From an uncultured Clostridia bacterium (GTDB taxonomy: Bacteria > Bacillota > Clostridia > TANB77 > CAG-508), in the NCBI GenBank assembly GCA_948468225.1, contig CAOKHH010000003.1:12293-76292 (forward strand): a stretch of 64,000 nt of DNA, in the 5' to 3' direction. A model generated the notes under the pieces. That model was not told the DNA's origin, did no database searches, and saw only the letters and a list, made by a program, of their open reading frames with translations. The translations under genes were made by a program, and so were the position numbers. This document shows positions 19,065 to 29,660 of the stretch, piece by piece (the stretch's first letter is position 1; the number at the start of each line of letters is the position of its first letter).

Positions 19065-20240
19065 ATGGCAGGGTATCTTGAAAAGAGAGGCAAACGCTCA
19101 TGGAGATTAATTGTATCAAATGGTTTTGACAGCTATGGTAACAGAATTAAATATACCAAAAGCATAAAAGCTAATAGTAGACGTGAAGCTGATATGGAAC
19201 TTGTAAACTTTGTTTATGAAGTTGAAAATGGTATTGTATTGCAGAACTCTTCAATGACATTTAAGGAATTTACAGATTTATGGGCTAAAAATTATGGTGA
19301 AAAAGAACTAGCACCTAAAACTTATGAAAGATATAAAGGAATACTAAAATCACGAATTATTCCATACTTTGGACATTACAAATTATGTGATATAAAGCCA
19401 CCACACATTATGAATTTTTATGATTATCTTTCAAAAGACCATCAATTAAAAAGATGCAAAAATCATAATGGACAAACTGTTATGAAGAGTTTATCTTCTA
19501 AAACAATACTAGAGCATCACCGTTTACTACATGCGATGCTACAAAATGCAGTATATTGGCAAATACTTTCCTTTAATCCTGCGGATAGAGTTAAGCCACC
19601 TAAACACCAACGACCTCAAATTCAATACTATGATGATGTTCAATGTAAGCAATTACTAGAGGCTTTAGAAAATGAAGAAATTAAATTTCAAACTATTGTT
19701 ATATTAACATTGTTTACTGGTATGCGTAGAGGCGAAGTATTGGGCTTAGAATGGTCAGATATCGATTTTAAAGAAGGTTTTGTAAATATTACTAAGGCAA
19801 GTCAATACACTTCTGAAAAAGGCATTTTCGTAAAGGATCCAAAAACACATAGTTCAATTAGAAAAGTAGGAATTCCTGATATTGTTATAAATATGCTTAA
19901 TAAATACAAAACTTGGTACAATGCAGAAAGAGAGAGATGTGGCGACTTATGGATTAACTCAAATAAACTATTTGTTACTTGGAATGGTAGTCCAATGCAT
20001 CCTGATACAATTACAGATTGGTTTCGTTCTTTCATTGAAAAGAACAACTTACCAAAAATTACTTTTCATGGTTTGCGACACACAAATGCTACTTTGCTTA
20101 TATCTAAAAATGTAGATGTAGCTGTTGTAGCATCAAGATTAGGGCATGCTCAAATAACTACTACCTTAAACTTCTATGTGCATCCAGTTGAAACTCATAA
20201 TAAAGAAGCAGGTCAAGTGTTAGAGAAAATGCTCGCATAA
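19065..20240 (+). CDS. Tyrosine-type site-specific integrase
   Basis: Has GMRRGEVLGLEW, HGLRHTNATLL and LGHAQITTTLNFYVH (the R...HxxR...Y catalytic set) plus an N-terminal SAM-like domain. ATG 19065 follows GGAGG; the track start at 19053 is a GTG inside the RBS. Confidence 0.9.
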   Translation: MAGYLEKRGKRSWRLIVSNGFDSYGNRIKYTKSIKANSRREADMELVNFVYEVENGIVLQNSSMTFKEFTDLWAKNYGEKELAPKTYERYKGILKSRIIPYFGHYKLCDIKPPHIMNFYDYLSKDHQLKRCKNHNGQTVMKSLSSKTILEHHRLLHAMLQNAVYWQILSFNPADRVKPPKHQRPQIQYYDDVQCKQLLEALENEEIKFQTIVILTLFTGMRRGEVLGLEWSDIDFKEGFVNITKASQYTSEKGIFVKDPKTHSSIRKVGIPDIVINMLNKYKTWYNAERERCGDLWINSNKLFVTWNGSPMHPDTITDWFRSFIEKNNLPKITFHGLRHTNATLLISKNVDVAVVASRLGHAQITTTLNFYVHPVETHNKEAGQVLEKMLA

Positions 20241-20346
20241 AAACTCTTTTCAAAATTTCTCAAAAATTACTTTTTTAAGATTTCCTAAGTTTAATCTAAA
20301 TTTGTTAGTCTAAAATATGCTATTTATTGCATAAAAATGTAGGGAC

Positions 20347-20368
20347 TGTCCCCAAATTGTCCCCACTT
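20347..20368. repeat. Tandem 11-bp repeat TGTCCCCAAAT/TGTCCCCACTT (candidate arm-type site, right end)
   Basis: Same motif and orientation as 8989-9010. Confidence 0.6.
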
Positions 20369-20435
20369 TTGTAAAAATAGCATTTTAGTCAAAAAAATAA
20401 GAGTCCACAATCTCTTGCGACTCTAATAAAATTAG

Positions 20436-20480
20436 TGGTTGCGGGGGTAAGACTCGAACTTACGACCTTCGGGTTATGAG
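20436..20480 (-). other. 3' half of an initiator-type tRNA-Met (anticodon loop to CCA) with no 5' half; contains the right att repeat
   Basis: The minus strand reads CTCATAACCCGAAGGTCGTAAGTTCGAGTCTTACCCCCGCAACCA. It parallels the 3' half of the intact tRNA at 26486-26561 but has a compensatory different T-stem. The upstream sequence is not tRNA-like. Confidence 0.8.
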
Positions 20481-20580
20481 TTTTACTCGGTTCTTTTTGT
20501 GCCGTTTTATTTATAGCAATCAAACTATCAAGATTTGCTTTTATGTCTTTTCCACTCTCAAAATATATTATTACTAAATC

Positions 20581-21102
20581 TTAACTAATAAAATATTCTT
20601 CAGAATATTCTCTTCCAAATGTACTTGGTGTAAAATATTTTACTTCCCCCTTGTCATTAACAGAAAAAATATGTAAGCACAAAACTTCAGCTGCCTCTTT
20701 TGGTATTCTCTTTAAGGCTACTCGAGCTGATTTCCAATATAAACCAAGTCCATACTTATAAGCATGATTTATTCCTGAAATCTTTCCATCTTTTTTAGAA
20801 ATTGAATATCTTTTTACATCTATCCTTGTTATTATTTGTCCTAATGCATTAAGCCACCCTTCTGCATTTATTGATTTTGCAGACTTTGCATATGATTTAC
20901 CTTTACATTCAATATAAAAATATTCACTATTTCTTTTACCACCAACTAATTTAATATCAACCCCATGCTTATGTAAATCACTTTTTTGTACTTTTTCTTT
21001 ATGCCAATTACCATTTTCCTTATTTATCATAAATTCAACAATTTTATTAACAATAAATTGTTCAGTAATTTTTTCATCCAATTGATTATACTCCCTTCTC
21101 AT
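20581..21102 (-). CDS. Hypothetical protein with a PD-(D/E)XK-like motif
   Basis: 173 aa. HGVDIKLVGGKRNSEYFYIECKG fits D-x15-E-x-K. Confidence 0.4.
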   Translation of the reverse strand: MRREYNQLDEKITEQFIVNKIVEFMINKENGNWHKEKVQKSDLHKHGVDIKLVGGKRNSEYFYIECKGKSYAKSAKSINAEGWLNALGQIITRIDVKRYSISKKDGKISGINHAYKYGLGLYWKSARVALKRIPKEAAEVLCLHIFSVNDKGEVKYFTPSTFGREYSEEYFIS

Positions 21103-21131
21103 ATTTCATTTAGTTTATTTCTACATTATTC

Positions 21132-21740
21132 TTAGTCTTCTCTTCGTTCAGCAAAATATAGTCCTATAGAGTCTTTTAATATTTCAACTGTATCATAAAC
21201 ATTTTTTCCATCTCTATCAATACAAATACTCTTTCCTGGATTTTCTCCGGAGAAAAAATCCCAAGCAGTTTTTAAAGTATCAGTTTTCTTAATGCCATTA
21301 TTTATAAATATTTTTTCATAGGTGCCAACATCATTATCTTCAAACCAAATTGAAACAACATTATATTTAGCAGTCATAATTTCTGAATTATTGTAATGAT
21401 TACCAATGCCTATATGTGCCATGCCATCATTTATAAATAAATCACCTATATTACTCAAGACTTCTTTTGCAAACTCCTTTGACATTCCATCTCTATAATA
21501 AACATCTTTATGGAATGCCTTTATCTTTCCATTCTCTTTAAGTTGTTCTTCATCATTTGTTTTAGTTGGAACTTCTACAATTAAAAAATACAAGCCTTCG
21601 TTTGCATCTATAAAATCATAAAGCATATTTAATATTTTATCTGCGTTAACATTTGCTACTATTCTTTTCTCTTTTATTTCATATTCTTCATTTAATTTGT
21701 CAAAATCTTTTATCTCTGCTCCTTCAATCATTTTTAGCAT
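21132..21740 (-). CDS. Hypothetical protein
   Basis: 202-aa ORF with no recognisable motif, 30 nt upstream of 20581..21102. Confidence 0.35.
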   Translation of the reverse strand: MLKMIEGAEIKDFDKLNEEYEIKEKRIVANVNADKILNMLYDFIDANEGLYFLIVEVPTKTNDEEQLKENGKIKAFHKDVYYRDGMSKEFAKEVLSNIGDLFINDGMAHIGIGNHYNNSEIMTAKYNVVSIWFEDNDVGTYEKIFINNGIKKTDTLKTAWDFFSGENPGKSICIDRDGKNVYDTVEILKDSIGLYFAERRED

Positions 21741-21764
21741 ATAAATTCTCTCCCTAGTTATCTT

Positions 21765-22486
21765 TTATAATAATTTTTCAAAATCTTCAATTGTTCCATT
21801 AAATACATTTACATCTATTCTTTTTTCTTTTCCATCATAACCACTTAATCTTGCTTTATCAGTAAATTGCCAAAATGTCCAATTTCTATTATCTTTTAAT
21901 TTTGGAGTAAAGTATACATCTCTAATCCAAATGTAATTGTCTGTATAATTATTTGCTATATATAAATTATAAGATTTATATGTTGCATATATAATTGGCT
22001 TTTTTTATAATATGCTTCTAACTTTGCTAATAATATAGATAATTGCTTTTGAGTTTCTGCAACATCTGGTATTTTCTTATTTTTATCTCCGTAAAATTCT
22101 ATATCAACTACTGGCGGTAACATATCATCAGTTTTAGGTACATTGCTTATAAAATTATCTGCTTGTGTATCTCCATTACTATCAAAACTAAAAAAATGAT
22201 ATGCTCCTACTTTTATATTGGTTTTTCTAGCATTTTCATAATTTATTTTAAATTTTTCATCCACAAAACTACTTCCTTCAGTTGCTTTAATAAATGCAAA
22301 TTTTATTTCTTGTTTTGATAAACTCTCCCAATCAATATTCCCTTGATATGATGAAACATCTACTCCTCTAATTGGATATTTTTTATTTGATGGATAATTA
22401 AAAATTATTATTCCATAGAACCATAAAACAAAAATTGCTATAATAAATACAATCAAAATTGCTATAATCAAATTTCTTTTTTTCAT
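21765..22486 (-). pseudogene. GH25 muramidase (lysozyme), frameshifted in an A7 run (22000-22006 on the + strand as T7)
   Basis: The N-terminal part GVDVSSYQGNIDW...FIKATEG...GAYHF is GH25. After ...EAYYKK the frame fails. One extra A restores KPIIYATYKSYNLYIANNYTDNYIWIRDVYFTPKL...WTFWQFTDKARLSGYDGKEKRIDVNVFNG, ending at stop 21765-21767. Confidence 0.8.
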
Positions 22487-22655
22487 ATTTACTCCTCATA
22501 TACTATAACTTTTTTAATCTTAATTCATATATGGCGATTCGAATTATTCTACATATATCATAATATCATCAAAAGTAAGAATGTTTTCGCTAATTTTTTC
22601 TTTACTTAAAATATACATATAATAATCATATCCAAAATGAACTTCCATATTATTA

Positions 22656-22844
22656 TCATTCTTCAATACAATTCAAATCCATAAATTTATATATAGCTTT
22701 AATGTAAGCAGATTCGTATAGCATATATTTACTATTTAATTCTCCATTGTTAAAATCACTTATTGAAGTCCATTCATTTGCCATATATCTATCATCTTTG
22801 TTTCTATATTTAGGATTATATTTTGTTACTCTATAACTATACAT
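22656..22844 (-). CDS. Small hypothetical protein
   Basis: 62-aa ORF. A further open frame continues downstream (see rejected list). Confidence 0.3.
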   Translation of the reverse strand: MYSYRVTKYNPKYRNKDDRYMANEWTSISDFNNGELNSKYMLYESAYIKAIYKFMDLNCIEE

Positions 22845-22864
22845 TTCTTATATCTCCAACACTC

Positions 22865-24244
22865 TTAAAACTTTTCTTCAAAAATAATATTTCCATTCTC
22901 TATATCAATTCTCTGTATATTTTTTTCTGTTTGAATAGTAATAATATTTTCTTTTATATCCCAACATTCAATGAGCTCTGTATCTTTATGCCATATTATA
23001 TTACCATATAAATCTATACCATCTAAACTTGCTTCTGAAACAATTATTAGTAAATTATCTTCTTTAGTTTCTGATACTTTATCTACGCAACACATAGTTT
23101 CTATTGTTTTTATTACTGTAAAACTATCTAAATCAATAATAGTAACTTTAGAATTACAAGCAACATATAGTTTATTATTTTTTTCTAATATTTGTGGCAT
23201 TAGCCCTAAAAATGTATTAAATATAGCAAACTCATATTTATTACCATTTGGCATATTTATTGTTACAATAAATGTATTTTGTGGACATTCTATATCTTTA
23301 TCTATAATTAGTTTATTTGGATTATTTCTTTTATATAATATATTATATTCTTCTTCACAACATTGAATTTGTATTTCATTATTTTTTGTTACTACATTAT
23401 TATCTCTTGGGACTTCAAACTCATTTGGCTTACGAACATATGGATTCATTTCTTCTATGCAAGCACCAAACCTTTTAAAGTTTTCCTTTGCTTCATTTAT
23501 ACTAACTTTGTTGCAACTACATATTCTATCAGGATTATGATAATCGTAAATAGCATCCTCCCAAAAGCAAACAGGACAGATATCATAAGTACCATTTAAT
23601 CTATTTTTAAAAGTATAATTTCCACAGCAAGGACATTTATATCTTATTTGAATGTATTCCACCCCAGTATTAAACCTATCTGTTAGTCCATCAATATTCC
23701 AACTATTTTTTACAATTTCCATTTTATTGAAATGAGGTATTAGTAATATTGAATATTCCTTTTTAGCCTTTTCTATATCATCTAGTGTGTATTTTATCAT
23801 AGCTTCTTGGTCGCACAATGCATAATCGTATTCTACAACGTTATATATATCTGTGATTAAATGAATAAATTGATTGGTTTTTTCTTCAATTTTCTCATCA
23901 GGACATCCTTTTAAAAATAATTCTTCCTTAACATCCAACAATAGTCCAGATACATTTTCATTAAGATTTTTATAATAAGCATTAACTGATACTCTTGTTT
24001 TTCCTAATATATCACATATAAAATTGATATTTAAATAATATTTGTTTAAGAGATTGTCTGCTTCATATAATTTTAGATTTTCTATATCTTTCCAATCATT
24101 TCCATCTTCATCCTCACTAAATTTAGCATTTAGTAATTTACCATTTTTTGAAGTAAAGTATTCTAGTATCATTTGCAAAGTTGATTTCTCTTTACTATTA
24201 AATTTGTTATTAAATACTAATCCTATTCCTATATAACTTCCCAT
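22865..24244 (-). CDS. Hypothetical protein with a central cysteine-rich CPCC domain
   Basis: 459 aa. CPCCGNYTF...YDICPVCFWEDA...INEAKENFKRFGAC matches the CPCC family pattern. The flanking N- and C-terminal regions are unassigned. Confidence 0.55.
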   Translation of the reverse strand: MGSYIGIGLVFNNKFNSKEKSTLQMILEYFTSKNGKLLNAKFSEDEDGNDWKDIENLKLYEADNLLNKYYLNINFICDILGKTRVSVNAYYKNLNENVSGLLLDVKEELFLKGCPDEKIEEKTNQFIHLITDIYNVVEYDYALCDQEAMIKYTLDDIEKAKKEYSILLIPHFNKMEIVKNSWNIDGLTDRFNTGVEYIQIRYKCPCCGNYTFKNRLNGTYDICPVCFWEDAIYDYHNPDRICSCNKVSINEAKENFKRFGACIEEMNPYVRKPNEFEVPRDNNVVTKNNEIQIQCCEEEYNILYKRNNPNKLIIDKDIECPQNTFIVTINMPNGNKYEFAIFNTFLGLMPQILEKNNKLYVACNSKVTIIDLDSFTVIKTIETMCCVDKVSETKEDNLLIIVSEASLDGIDLYGNIIWHKDTELIECWDIKENIITIQTEKNIQRIDIENGNIIFEEKF

Positions 24245-24268
24245 ACATTTTCTCCTTAAAAATTCGTA

Positions 24269-24775
24269 TCAAAATGATGCTTCGAAATAGTACCAATTAT
24301 CTCTAATTTTTATTGTGCTACCATGATTATCTCCTACACCTTTCCAACTCCATTTGTTTTGTTCGTATTCAGTTAGTTCTTCTCTAGAATTTTGAAAAGA
24401 AGCAGGAATATCATTTTCAGAATAATAAAATCCATAATATGTAGATGATGAAACTAAGCCACTTCCTCCTTGATGAAACTCTACAATTGTATTATTACTA
24501 TGAACATATGATTCATCAGGGCTATGAACACTTATACTCCTAACATATTGTGGTTTTTCGACCTCATTTCCATTCATATATTCAATTGCTATATGCTCTA
24601 ATTCTTCATAATTTTCATTAACATATTTAGATATATCATTATAGTTATTATAAGGATTTTTATCATCTATGAAACTCATAATAATAGATATAAATATAAT
24701 AATTCCTATAACAATTACAGCAAAAACAACTAATAAAACTTTTAAAGCAATACCACATATTTTCTTTACATTCAT
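24269..24775 (-). CDS. Membrane-anchored hypothetical protein
   Basis: 168 aa with an N-terminal TM helix (ALKVLLVVFAVIVIGIIIFISIIMSF). Confidence 0.4.
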   Translation of the reverse strand: MNVKKICGIALKVLLVVFAVIVIGIIIFISIIMSFIDDKNPYNNYNDISKYVNENYEELEHIAIEYMNGNEVEKPQYVRSISVHSPDESYVHSNNTIVEFHQGGSGLVSSSTYYGFYYSENDIPASFQNSREELTEYEQNKWSWKGVGDNHGSTIKIRDNWYYFEASF

Positions 24776-24882
24776 AATATACTTTATACTCCTAACATAT
24801 TTTATTCTCTTGTTCTATTTATGTTTTTTAATTGCTTATCTAACTCATCATATCCACATATTGGACATATGTGTTTTATATA

Positions 24883-26169
24883 TTATCTACATTTCAATAA
24901 TGTTTCCGTTAGTTCATCTTCTCCTATAATATCACTATTATTAGTTACACTTATTACGAGATTTTTCGCATTCATTACTTGATTTGCTAAACTTTGAACA
25001 TCCTTTATAGTAACTTTGTTGTATTTGCTTATTATGTCATTTATATCTCCAGTTTCTTTCTCTAATATAAAATCTCTATATCCTAAACGGTAATTTAGTT
25101 CTTCAGAATCATCTAAATATTTTCTGTTATTATCTGTAAAAAATGTCTTATTATTATTAAATTCATTATCATATATTTGATACTTTATTCTTCTCAATAT
25201 TTTAAATAAAATTTCTAATGTTTTCAATAAGTTTTTATTTAATACAGATAACTCTATTACTATTTTTGCAGTGTCTTTATAAATATCTAGATTTGAAAAT
25301 ACTGCATCTGTATATGCTTTTCTTTCTCGTAATTCTAGTGATATATTAGAATCTATATCTCCACCAATAATGCTATTTAAAATATCTACAGCATATATAT
25401 TATCTTTGTTAATATCTATATCAAATGACACATTTATATCTGAAAAATCCCAATTAGTTCTTATAACATTATCTGATTCTATACTTCTATTTTTAAAGTT
25501 TTTAGGAATTTGTGATAATCTATTTAAAGCACATTCATTGCTTTCTAATTTTTCTAATTTAGATATCACTTCTTTCCTTTGCTTTTTTGTGAAGTTTCCT
25601 GTTAGTACAAAACAAGCATTAGATGTGTTTAAAATGCTTTTCTTCCAATTGTTAATGTTTTCTACTGTAAGCCTTTTTACATCTGACTTATTTCCCATAA
25701 TTAAATTTTGTAGATTCAAATTTTTATAATATATGCTATCTACTTGTTCTTTAAATAATTTTTCTCCCTTATTTTCAATTTGATTTAATACAATCTTTTT
25801 TTCAGCTGATATTTCTTCAGCTGTCCAATCCCTATTATTTATTAAGTTTTTCATTATATTTAATGCTTCACTAAAATATTTATTTACAACTGTCATATAA
25901 AATCTAATACAATTTTTGTAGGTTTCTGCTCTTAAAACTGCTCCAATGCTTGCCATTTTATTATATAAAGTTTCTATATCCATTCCGTTCAAATTTCTAA
26001 AACATAAATGTTCTATTAAATGAGATATTCCTTTTACATCTTTTGTTTCATATTCCACACCTGCTTTAAAGTAAAAACTCATATTTACAGAATGTATATT
26101 ATTATTTTGATATGTAATTACTTGCATTTTATTATTTAAAATTTGTTTTTTATACATTAGTTCCTCCAT
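24883..26169 (-). CDS. M16-family (pitrilysin/insulinase-like) zinc peptidase
   Basis: 428 aa with the inverted zinc motif HLIEHLCF (HxxEH) near the N-terminus. Confidence 0.75.
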   Translation of the reverse strand: MEELMYKKQILNNKMQVITYQNNNIHSVNMSFYFKAGVEYETKDVKGISHLIEHLCFRNLNGMDIETLYNKMASIGAVLRAETYKNCIRFYMTVVNKYFSEALNIMKNLINNRDWTAEEISAEKKIVLNQIENKGEKLFKEQVDSIYYKNLNLQNLIMGNKSDVKRLTVENINNWKKSILNTSNACFVLTGNFTKKQRKEVISKLEKLESNECALNRLSQIPKNFKNRSIESDNVIRTNWDFSDINVSFDIDINKDNIYAVDILNSIIGGDIDSNISLELRERKAYTDAVFSNLDIYKDTAKIVIELSVLNKNLLKTLEILFKILRRIKYQIYDNEFNNNKTFFTDNNRKYLDDSEELNYRLGYRDFILEKETGDINDIISKYNKVTIKDVQSLANQVMNAKNLVISVTNNSDIIGEDELTETLLKCR

Positions 26170-26485
26170 TGTCTTTATTTTTATAACAACTGCATTAGAT
26201 AAAATCTAGTAGTATAAATTTACTATTAACAATCACAATTATAACATAGATAAGAAAGTTATTCTACCTAAGTTATTCTTTTTTAATACACAACATAAAA
26301 TCTTATCCTCAATAATAAATCAAACCCAAAACTAATCCTTAATAGAACTTTGGTAGTCCTGCGACGCATATCTGCGTCCTCAGATTGTACAATATAGCAA
26401 TAAAAAAAGACCTTACTGTTTCTAGTAAAATCTCTATATTAAAATTGTTTTAAAGGTATATCCCCTTAAACAAAAAACTCTCAAA

Positions 26486-26561
26486 TGGTTGCGGGGGGTA
26501 GACTCGAACTACCGACCTTTGGGTTATGAGCCCAACGAGCTGCCAACTGCTCCACCCCGCG
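26486..26561 (-). tRNA. Initiator tRNA-Met (CAT anticodon)
   Basis: The minus strand reads CGCGGGGTGGAGCAGTTGGCAGCTCGTTGGGCTCATAACCCAAAGGTCGGTAGTTCGAGTCTACCCCCCGCAACCA. It has a C1-A72 mismatch, three G-C pairs closing the anticodon stem, and an encoded CCA. Confidence 0.9.
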
Positions 26562-26574
26562 ATGTGCAACTATT

Positions 26575-26603
26575 ATTATACTTTTTTTTAGTAGTTATGT
26601 CAA
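26575..26603 (-). promoter_or_regulatory. Consensus sigma-A promoter for the tRNA (TTGACA-17-TATAAT)
   Basis: On the minus strand, TTGACA lies at 26603-26598 and TATAAT at 26580-26575, about 14 nt upstream of the tRNA 5' end. Confidence 0.7.
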
Positions 26604-26700
26604 TACTTATATGAAAATTTTCCTAAAAATGTATATTTTGTATATTATATATTATGAAAAATCCATAAAAAATATTCATAGAATTTATAATATTTAATAA

Positions 26701-26722
26701 ATGGGCGATTAAAATCGCCCAT
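26701..26722 (-). terminator. Hairpin downstream of the arginase gene
   Basis: ATGGGCGAT-TAAA-ATCGCCCAT with a 9-bp stem and a weak T-tract. Confidence 0.45.
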
Positions 26723-26736
26723 ATTATCTGTATAAT

Positions 26737-27612
26737 TTAGAAATTATTCAAAAACTTATTTAAAATGTTTAATGCTATAACTTTTGTTTTTTTATCTATA
26801 TCTAAGGTAGGATTATATTCAACTAAATCTATTGATTTTACAACCTTTTTGTTTTTTATAATTGTTTCCACCATAGAATATGCCTCATCTAAATCAATTC
26901 CGTCCTTTGCTGGAATCGATACTCCTGGAGCAATTTTAGGATCAATCATATCTATATCAAAACTTACATGTACCCCATTTGTTCCATTACTTGCAATCTC
27001 AAAAGCCTTTCTTGTTATGACATCTGCACCTTCGTCTTGTACATCTTTTGTTGAAAATACAGTAACTCCAGCTTCTCTTAAATTCTCAATTTCAAGCGGA
27101 TCATCAATATCTCTTCCACCAACAATAACAGCATTCTTTGGATTATAAAAATTACCATTATGAAAGTTCGCTAATTCTCTTTTTTCATAATTTGCAATAA
27201 CTGCAAGCGGTAAACCATGTATATTTCCTGAAATTGTAGTATCAAATGTATTGAAATCTCCATGAGCATCAAACCAAATTATTCCCATATTTTCATGTTT
27301 CTTTATAGATGCAAGAGCAGATGCAATCGCTAAACTGTGATCCCCCCCTAAAGTTATTGGAAAATTCCCATTTTCTAAACTTTCTAACACCATAGAATAC
27401 AGTTTTCCATTAAACTTATTTACTTCATCTAAATTTTTCTTCTTATTGTCTTTTTCTCTTTCTTTTACAATCTCATCATCATATTGTAATGTAATAATAT
27501 TGTTTATACTGCTGTGTTCTAAGTTTTTTGTTAATTCTAATGGACCAAATTTTGCCCCATTAACATGAACTCCTAAATCAGTACAAGCATTGATTATATC
27601 TATATGTTTCAT
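26737..27612 (-). CDS. rocF: Arginase
   Basis: Motifs GGDHSLA, WFDAHGDFNT, SGNIHGLPLA and SFDIDMIDP are arginase-type ureohydrolase motifs. Confidence 0.75.
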   Translation of the reverse strand: MKHIDIINACTDLGVHVNGAKFGPLELTKNLEHSSINNIITLQYDDEIVKEREKDNKKKNLDEVNKFNGKLYSMVLESLENGNFPITLGGDHSLAIASALASIKKHENMGIIWFDAHGDFNTFDTTISGNIHGLPLAVIANYEKRELANFHNGNFYNPKNAVIVGGRDIDDPLEIENLREAGVTVFSTKDVQDEGADVITRKAFEIASNGTNGVHVSFDIDMIDPKIAPGVSIPAKDGIDLDEAYSMVETIIKNKKVVKSIDLVEYNPTLDIDKKTKVIALNILNKFLNNF

Positions 27613-27627
27613 TTTAAATTTTCCTTC

Positions 27628-28953
<1,326 letters not shown>

Positions 28954-29009
28954 TCAATATATAATATCAATAAAAAAATAGGTATGCTTAACATACCTAT
29001 TTAAAAACT

Positions 29010-29534
29010 TTATTCATCTAAACAAGCAATATATGGTAGATTTCTATATTTATTATCAAAATCAAAACCATAACCAATAATAAATTTATTTGGAACAGTA
29101 AATCCAACATAGTCTGCATTTACTTCAATAACTCTTCTTTCTGGTTTATCTGCTAATGTACATATTTTTAAAGAATTAGGCTTTTTATGTTTTAAATAAG
29201 CAACTAAGAAATCCATTGTTCTTCCTGTATCTATTATATCTTCAATAATCAAAACATCTTTACCTTCTATTGAACTTCTCAAGTCGTTTACAATTCTAAC
29301 CTTTCCACTACTTTCTGTTTTATCTTCATAACTAGATAATTGAATAAATTCAAATTTAATTGGATTTTTAATTTTTAATGTTAGATTAACAGTAAAGAAA
29401 CACGCTCCTCTCATTACACATATAACGGTAATTTCTTTTCCTTCGTAATCTTTCTCTATTTGCTCAGCCAACTCACAAAGTCTTTTTTCAATTTGATCTT
29501 CGCTAATAAGAACTTTAAAATCTTTTAAATCCAT
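29010..29534 (-). CDS. hpt: Hypoxanthine phosphoribosyltransferase
   Basis: Has the PRPP motif VLIIEDIIDTGRTM. AAGGAG lies 7 nt before the ATG at 29534, so the track start at 29555 is too early. Confidence 0.9.
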   Translation of the reverse strand: MDLKDFKVLISEDQIEKRLCELAEQIEKDYEGKEITVICVMRGACFFTVNLTLKIKNPIKFEFIQLSSYEDKTESSGKVRIVNDLRSSIEGKDVLIIEDIIDTGRTMDFLVAYLKHKKPNSLKICTLADKPERRVIEVNADYVGFTVPNKFIIGYGFDFDNKYRNLPYIACLDE

Positions 29535-29625
29535 AACTATACTCCTTAAATTCATAAAAATATACTACTAATATACCACAAAATAAGATTTTTTTCCACA
29601 TATTTTTACAAATTTTATATACAAA

Positions 29626-29655
29626 TAGGAGGACGAGCTTTTGCTCGCCCCTACA
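29626..29655. repeat. GC-rich palindromic intergenic element ending in CCCCTACA; also the likely terminator of the giant gene
   Basis: TAGGAGGACGAGC-TTTT-GCTCGCCCCTACA lies immediately 3' of the stop at 29661. Related copies are at 49911, 50591, 54015-54072 and 26354. Confidence 0.55.
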
Positions 29656-29660
29656 AAAGC

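Larger units (their letters stand above)
8855..20480. mobile_element. Integrative genomic island (about 11.6 kb) with a tyrosine integrase, an excisionase-like HTH, a restriction-modification module and cargo
   Basis: The 16-bp direct repeat ACCTTCGGGTTATGAG lies at both ends (8855-8870 and 20465-20480). Tandem 11-bp TGTCCCCAAWT repeats sit just inside each end. The integrase is at the right end next to a tRNA-fMet 3' half. Confidence 0.75.

Noticed and set aside
8855-20480. Interpretation of the island as a prophage or a conjugative element.
   Set aside because: It has no capsid, tail, terminase, lysis, relaxase or type IV secretion genes. It carries only an integrase, a Xis-like HTH and cargo.
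22544-22844. Possible frameshifted gene: ORF 22656..22844 (..MDLNCIEE-stop) followed in the +1 frame by NDNNMEVHFGYDYYMYILSKEKISENILTFDDIMIYVE-stop.
   Set aside because: The downstream frame is open and protein-like, but I recognise no family. There is no CGG or homopolymer at the junction, and it could equally be a separate 34-aa ORF. The evidence is not strong enough to call.
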